Positions 59,437-64,000 of a stretch of DNA of 64,000 nucleotides are shown in pieces (position 1 is the first letter of the stretch; every line of letters begins with the position of its first letter). The position numbers and the translations under genes were made by a program. The stretch is taken from contig JAYGDX010000082.1 of NCBI GenBank assembly GCA_046582655.1, positions 27,586 to 91,585 on the forward strand, in the 5' to 3' direction. The notes below the pieces were generated by a model. The model was not told the origin of the DNA, made no database searches, and saw nothing but the letters and a program-made list of their open reading frames with translations. The stretch comes from Candidatus Poribacteria bacterium (lineage in GTDB: Bacteria; Poribacteria; WGA-4E; UBA9662).

Positions 59437-60465
59437 ATGTCAATCTCAGTTTGGGAGTCAGTCGCAGAACCGACAAGCCGTTATCCCGAATGCCACTGTT
59501 CAGCAATACTTGAACTATCAAATGGGGATCTTATTGTTGGATATTATGCTGGTGAAGGTGAAGCACGTCCCAACGCAGCTTGGGTTCTAGCAAAACGTCG
59601 ACGAGATGCTGGTGGTTTTGATCAACTGGTTAGTGTGGCTGATACTCCCGGCAAACCTGAAGGAAATGGTGTCTTATTTCAAGTCAATGATGGTACCATA
59701 TTGCTGATTTACGGTACTATGCACGGCAAGCTTGAGGGCAAACACGGTCCTGGTGTACGCTGGGTAACTTGCGACTTGCGGTTGAAGCGATCGTACGATA
59801 GTGGAGAAACATGGTCGGGCGTTGAGATGATCGAGGAAAACTGGGGGCACGTTCCAAGATGCAAGCCGATCCGACTTGATAATGGAGAGATCCTGTTTGG
59901 CACAGAATTCACATCATGGCACTCACAAATTTGGAAAAGCACGGATGAAGGTAAAACTTGGAGTGTCTGTGGCAACGTTCCAGGCGAGCAAAATCAACAT
60001 CCATCGCTCATTCAGCGGAATGATGGTTCAATCTTAGCGCTTATCCGGCCGTCTGGGAAAAATCCGAATGTTCTCAAGAGCGTTTCCCACGACTGCGGCC
60101 GAACGTGGTCTGAAACCGAAGTTACACAAAACCACTGTCCTTATGCAGCTCTTGATGCTGTCAAACTTGAAGACGATCGAATTGCTATGATCTGGAACGA
60201 TAATCCAGAGAAGCGAAATCCTTTAACTATTGGGCTAAGTGAAGATGGTGGAGAAACTTGGAAGTACAAACGCGATATTATCAGTGGTGAAGGGTCCTTC
60301 CACTATCCTACTATTATCCAAAGTCGTGATAGATTGATTCATGCTACTTTCACCAATAACCGCGCCACAATCGATCATGTTGTCCTCACCCCCGACTGGA
60401 TTGAGGGAGAGGGAAACGCACTTCCAAACTGGGAAGGAATAGGGATGAAGCGTTATCTTATCTAG
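59437..60465 (+). CDS. BNR/Asp-box sialidase-fold protein
   Basis: Asp boxes SYDSGETW, STDEGKTW, SHDCGRTW and SEDGGETW; RNPL and YPT motifs. Confidence 0.88.
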   Translation: MSISVWESVAEPTSRYPECHCSAILELSNGDLIVGYYAGEGEARPNAAWVLAKRRRDAGGFDQLVSVADTPGKPEGNGVLFQVNDGTILLIYGTMHGKLEGKHGPGVRWVTCDLRLKRSYDSGETWSGVEMIEENWGHVPRCKPIRLDNGEILFGTEFTSWHSQIWKSTDEGKTWSVCGNVPGEQNQHPSLIQRNDGSILALIRPSGKNPNVLKSVSHDCGRTWSETEVTQNHCPYAALDAVKLEDDRIAMIWNDNPEKRNPLTIGLSEDGGETWKYKRDIISGEGSFHYPTIIQSRDRLIHATFTNNRATIDHVVLTPDWIEGEGNALPNWEGIGMKRYLI

Positions 60466-60530
60466 AAAATTTCATAACAAGGAAATATGTCTACCAAAAA
60501 TTCATTGAGCTCATAGACTAGGAAAAGACA

Positions 60531-61358
60531 ATGGCATTTATGCTTGAAGACGAATTTGGGGATATCATCGCTAAAGCATGGCGAGGACTCGGGTTGACCG
60601 TTAGTCAAGTTGCTACTGAAACAGGCATTACGACAAAAAATATCTCGAGAATGGAAAATTATACCAGAAAACCAAGTCGCGACGAGGTTGATCAAATTGC
60701 TACCACGTTGCAACTTGATAGCGACAAACTAAATGCAATTGCAACAGAGAGTTGGTCACCAAATACAATTGCAGCTAGATATGACCCTGCACTTGAAGTA
60801 GTAACGGTAACCGCAAAGGTAGGTGGTTATCCTGTACATGCCTATTTGCTAATCTGTATGGAGACGCGGGAAGCCGCTATTATCGACACCGCAGCAAATC
60901 CAAAGGCGATTATGAAAAGGATCAGCGAGATCAATATGGATCCAAAGCTAATACTCTTGACACACGCGCATGGTGATCACGCAAACGGACTGATGGACTT
61001 GGAAGACGCTTTCGACTGCCCAACGTGGATTCATGCAAATGAACCTAAACCAAGAAGTAAAAATGATCTTAGATTGCTAAAACATGGCGATGTAGTTTCG
61101 GTTGGCAACCTGAAAGTTACAACACTTGATACTCCCGGACATACACTTGGTGGATGTTCTTTCTATGTTCGGTCAACTGTCATCGTTGGTGATGCATTAT
61201 TTGCCGGATCTGTTGGTAACGCGTCAATATCATACGAAAAATTACTTTCAAACGTGCAAGAAAATCTGCTTTCTCTACCAAATCAAACTGTTCTCTTCCC
61301 CGGACACGGGCCTGCTACAACAGTTGAAGAAGAGAAAAACCACAACCCATTTTTTTAA
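60531..61358 (+). CDS. XRE-type HTH + metallo-beta-lactamase-fold hydrolase (glyoxalase II-like)
   Basis: N-terminal GLTVSQVATETGI..ISRMEN; THAHGDH, TPGHT, GDALFAGSVG and PGHGP.T motifs. Confidence 0.88.
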   Translation: MAFMLEDEFGDIIAKAWRGLGLTVSQVATETGITTKNISRMENYTRKPSRDEVDQIATTLQLDSDKLNAIATESWSPNTIAARYDPALEVVTVTAKVGGYPVHAYLLICMETREAAIIDTAANPKAIMKRISEINMDPKLILLTHAHGDHANGLMDLEDAFDCPTWIHANEPKPRSKNDLRLLKHGDVVSVGNLKVTTLDTPGHTLGGCSFYVRSTVIVGDALFAGSVGNASISYEKLLSNVQENLLSLPNQTVLFPGHGPATTVEEEKNHNPFF

Positions 61359-61398
61359 ACACAAAACTAGACATTTCTGGCATGGAACTTAAGGAAAC

Positions 61399-62508
61399 TT
61401 GATGCGCGACCTAGCTCAATTTGAAAACCGACGTCCGACAAAACAGATTAACGTTGGTGGTGTGCCCATTGGTAATCGAAACCCAGTTTCAATTCAGACG
61501 ATGACTACAACTCTAACGTGTCAAGTGGACGAAACCATGCGTCAAATTGAACGCTGTGCTGAAGCTGGCGCGCAGATTGTTCGAGTTGCCGTCCCTGAGC
61601 AACGTGACGCCGATGCACTAAAAGCGATTGTCAAACGATCCCCGGTGCCAATTGTTTCCGACATTCATTTCAACTATAAATTCGCGCTTGATGCAATCGA
61701 TGCCGGAGTTGCAAAAGTCCGAATTAATCCTGGAAATATCGGCAATCAAGACCGGATTGCCCAAGTCCTATCCGCAGCAAAGACAGCAAATGTTCCAATT
61801 CGAATTGGTGTTAATGAAGGGTCGCTTGAGAAAGATTTACTGGATAAATACCCGTCTCCTACTGCTGAAGCACTCATTGAAAGTGCGATAAGGCACGTCA
61901 AAATTTGTGAGGACCACGATTTTACCGATATCGCAGTCTCGATTAAATCAAGTGATCCACTACGCATGATTCAAGCCAATCGAATTTTCTCAGAGAAAGT
62001 TCGATATCCACTCCATTTAGGTGTAACTGAGGCTGGGCCACCACGTAGATCCCACGTCAAATCATCAATTGGTATCGGAACACTTTTAATGGAAGGCATT
62101 GGTGATACAATTCGAATCTCAATTACAGGTGATCCAGTTGAAGAGGTACTGACAGGGAAGGAACTTCTACGGACACTCGGTTTGGCGGATCAGATGCTTG
62201 ACATCATCTCCTGCCCTTTTTGCGGACGTGGTGACGCTTCAGTCGGTTATGAAGAAATTGTTGATGCGGCTGAGGAACTTCTGGAGAAACATGGGATCAT
62301 GATGCCTATTGCTATCATGGGTTGTGAAGTAAACGGTCCTGGAGAAACACGTAACGCAAAAGTAGGTATTCACTTAGGTGGCAAGAATCTAGCAATATTG
62401 AAAATTGATGGGCAGAAGGTCAAGACATTTCGTGGCAAAGAAGAAGTAAACCCAAAATTTTTGGCCAATGCTCTCTTAGAAGCCGCACAAGAGTTACAAT
62501 CTGATTAA
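61399..62508 (+). CDS. ispG: (E)-4-hydroxy-3-methylbut-2-enyl-diphosphate synthase
   Basis: DIHF, RINPGN, RIGVN.GSL, HLGVTEAG, GIGDTIR, CPFCGR and MGCEVNGPGE motifs. Confidence 0.97.
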   Translation: MMRDLAQFENRRPTKQINVGGVPIGNRNPVSIQTMTTTLTCQVDETMRQIERCAEAGAQIVRVAVPEQRDADALKAIVKRSPVPIVSDIHFNYKFALDAIDAGVAKVRINPGNIGNQDRIAQVLSAAKTANVPIRIGVNEGSLEKDLLDKYPSPTAEALIESAIRHVKICEDHDFTDIAVSIKSSDPLRMIQANRIFSEKVRYPLHLGVTEAGPPRRSHVKSSIGIGTLLMEGIGDTIRISITGDPVEEVLTGKELLRTLGLADQMLDIISCPFCGRGDASVGYEEIVDAAEELLEKHGIMMPIAIMGCEVNGPGETRNAKVGIHLGGKNLAILKIDGQKVKTFRGKEEVNPKFLANALLEAAQELQSD

Positions 62509-62543
62509 TCCCACAAAATTACCCTTCGGCATTAAACACTTGC

Positions 62544-63314
62544 TTAAACGTCCGTACTCTCAAAAATCTTATCTGCTGAATTTACAATAAATCCATTAAA
62601 AGAATCATATCTTTTGGCAAACTCATAGTAACAAGCAGGAATTTTCTTAGCTGCTGCCAGATCCTCAAATTTAATTTCCGTTTTATAAGCTAAAGTGGAA
62701 GATTGTTCTAATCCTAATGACGGACTTCCCTTAATCTCTCCACCACTAGAATTAATTTTGTATCCGTGTCTCTTAAGTTCCTGATTGACTTCTACTAGAC
62801 TATCAAAATGATTCAATGAATTAATATAAATTGTGAAGTGGTTAGGAACAAACCCAAAAACGTACAGCCAAGCAGCATATTCACTCTCGCTAAGCAACTT
62901 ACTATATATTTTATAATTAATATCCCATCTCCGACCCGTTGTGAGGAACAAATCTGTAGAAGGTCGTACATCTTTGACCATAAACTGAACGGTTTCCTGC
63001 AGAAATTCAGAAAACTCCCCTACCAGCAGTTCACTAATGAATATTTTAGGTATCAGTGGATCAGTGTGTTCAAAGTGACACGCAAACAGCTTTTTAGCTT
63101 GAAAATGATATTTACCTTTTAGAGAATATCCCCTAGAAATAAAAGGCTTAGCTAATCTATTTATTCCGATATTTTCTAGATTAAGGGTTCTAAATGCTAT
63201 GTGATCGTTAGTTTGTTCCCGTCCTTCACATAAAATGTCTTGGACCTTTTTGGCTTCTGGGTTTAAATTCAAGTAGACACACCAAAGCTTATCAAACATT
63301 TCATGTAGTTCCAC
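62544..63314 (-). CDS. DUF1338 family protein (HglS-like 2-oxoadipate dioxygenase/decarboxylase)
   Basis: NDHIAFRT, PKIFISEL, ESEYAAW, NHFT, LEQSST, YYEFAKR and ADKIFEST motifs. Confidence 0.88.
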   Translation of the reverse strand: MELHEMFDKLWCVYLNLNPEAKKVQDILCEGREQTNDHIAFRTLNLENIGINRLAKPFISRGYSLKGKYHFQAKKLFACHFEHTDPLIPKIFISELLVGEFSEFLQETVQFMVKDVRPSTDLFLTTGRRWDINYKIYSKLLSESEYAAWLYVFGFVPNHFTIYINSLNHFDSLVEVNQELKRHGYKINSSGGEIKGSPSLGLEQSSTLAYKTEIKFEDLAAAKKIPACYYEFAKRYDSFNGFIVNSADKIFESTDV

Positions 63315-63570
63315 GCCTCAGCCTCAACTAGATTGCAAGATTAGAGAATTTTCCTGTTTCATCTTTACATGATCACCTTTAAAGAGTTAGGAAATGAAGG
63401 TTTCAAAATCTCTCCATTCCCGTGTTTAATTTCTTAGGAGAAACAGGGTTACCCTCTACCGGATTTGATTAAGACTCACCAGCTGGGCCTATGTTTCGAA
63501 CATCCATAATCATGTCAACGCTTAGAGGATAAAATTAAAGGAATTCCGATTTGTTGGCATTGTATAAGAT

Positions 63571-63999
63571 TTAAGGATTTTTATAAGCAGGATTTCTTAA
63601 TTCTTTAATCTGCTTTCCGAACCTCCCATTGGTGTAATCAATGGCTTGGATTTTCCATTTATCCTTCTTATCTTTTCTCATGGCAGCAATTAGATCACCA
63701 CTGGCAGCCCACTTATATTTGGCTCGCAAGGTTGCATTTTTGGCTCTTGAGTCAATTGCAACGCTCAAGAAATCGATCGTCATGTCGCCACCACGAAGAC
63801 GAAAGATTCCGACCCATCCCTTTTTAATATCGTCCCATCCAACTGTTTTCTCGAATGCGCCAGCCCAAAATGTCCAAGCAGTGAACACATCCTCACTATT
63901 GCTTTTCAGCCAATGGGACATGATTTCATCGAGATCTTTTTTACTAATATCATCCGCGTGCTCTGTAAAAACCTCCTTAAGAGCATTTTCCTCTTCAAC
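63571..63999 (-). CDS. Hypothetical protein, possibly NTF2/SnoaL-like (5' end outside window)
   Basis: Frame is open to the window edge (VEEENALKEVFTEHADDISKKDLDEIMSHW..GWDDIKKGW..KWKIQ). Confidence 0.6.
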   Translation of the reverse strand, partial: VEEENALKEVFTEHADDISKKDLDEIMSHWLKSNSEDVFTAWTFWAGAFEKTVGWDDIKKGWVGIFRLRGGDMTIDFLSVAIDSRAKNATLRAKYKWAASGDLIAAMRKDKKDKWKIQAIDYTNGRFGKQIKELRNPAYKNP

Positions 64000-64000
64000 A

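Overview
A 64-kb window of a diderm bacterial genome, about 42% GC by eye. A C-terminal GKLxxxW(G/S)xxK motif on two secreted proteins suggests Candidatus Poribacteria (inference). Core content: dxs (partial), a YitJ-like methyltransferase/MTHFR fusion, a plant-type FNR, a ctaA-ctaB-DUF420-hemQ-gldF-gldG run, a phosphomannomutase, fabV, kpsF-trpD, an aldehyde dehydrogenase, a five-tRNA/secE/nusG/rplKAJL cluster lacking tuf, rpmG and rpoBC, tamB plus a 7-POTRA Omp85, and ispG. The standout is an 11.7-kb six-gene operon (6824-18501, minus strand). It encodes a ~2390-aa protein fusing an apparently inactive M28 peptidase ectodomain (with LysM, Ca-binding repeats and a ~550-aa helical insert) to a MacB/FtsX permease, plus a 68-aa membrane protein, an OPT-like transporter, a two-domain soluble protein, an orphan PqqD/RRE protein and a LolD-type ATPase. 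I know of no characterised function for this combination. A ~7-kb decaying accessory region follows, with GH99, TIR and TPR-methyltransferase pseudogenes. Other oddities: an L10 with four apparent L12-dimer binding segments, a SecE with extra C-terminal helices, a SurA-like protein with a duplicated inserted domain, and a CtaA with an inserted domain. All calls come from reading motifs by eye; no searches were run.
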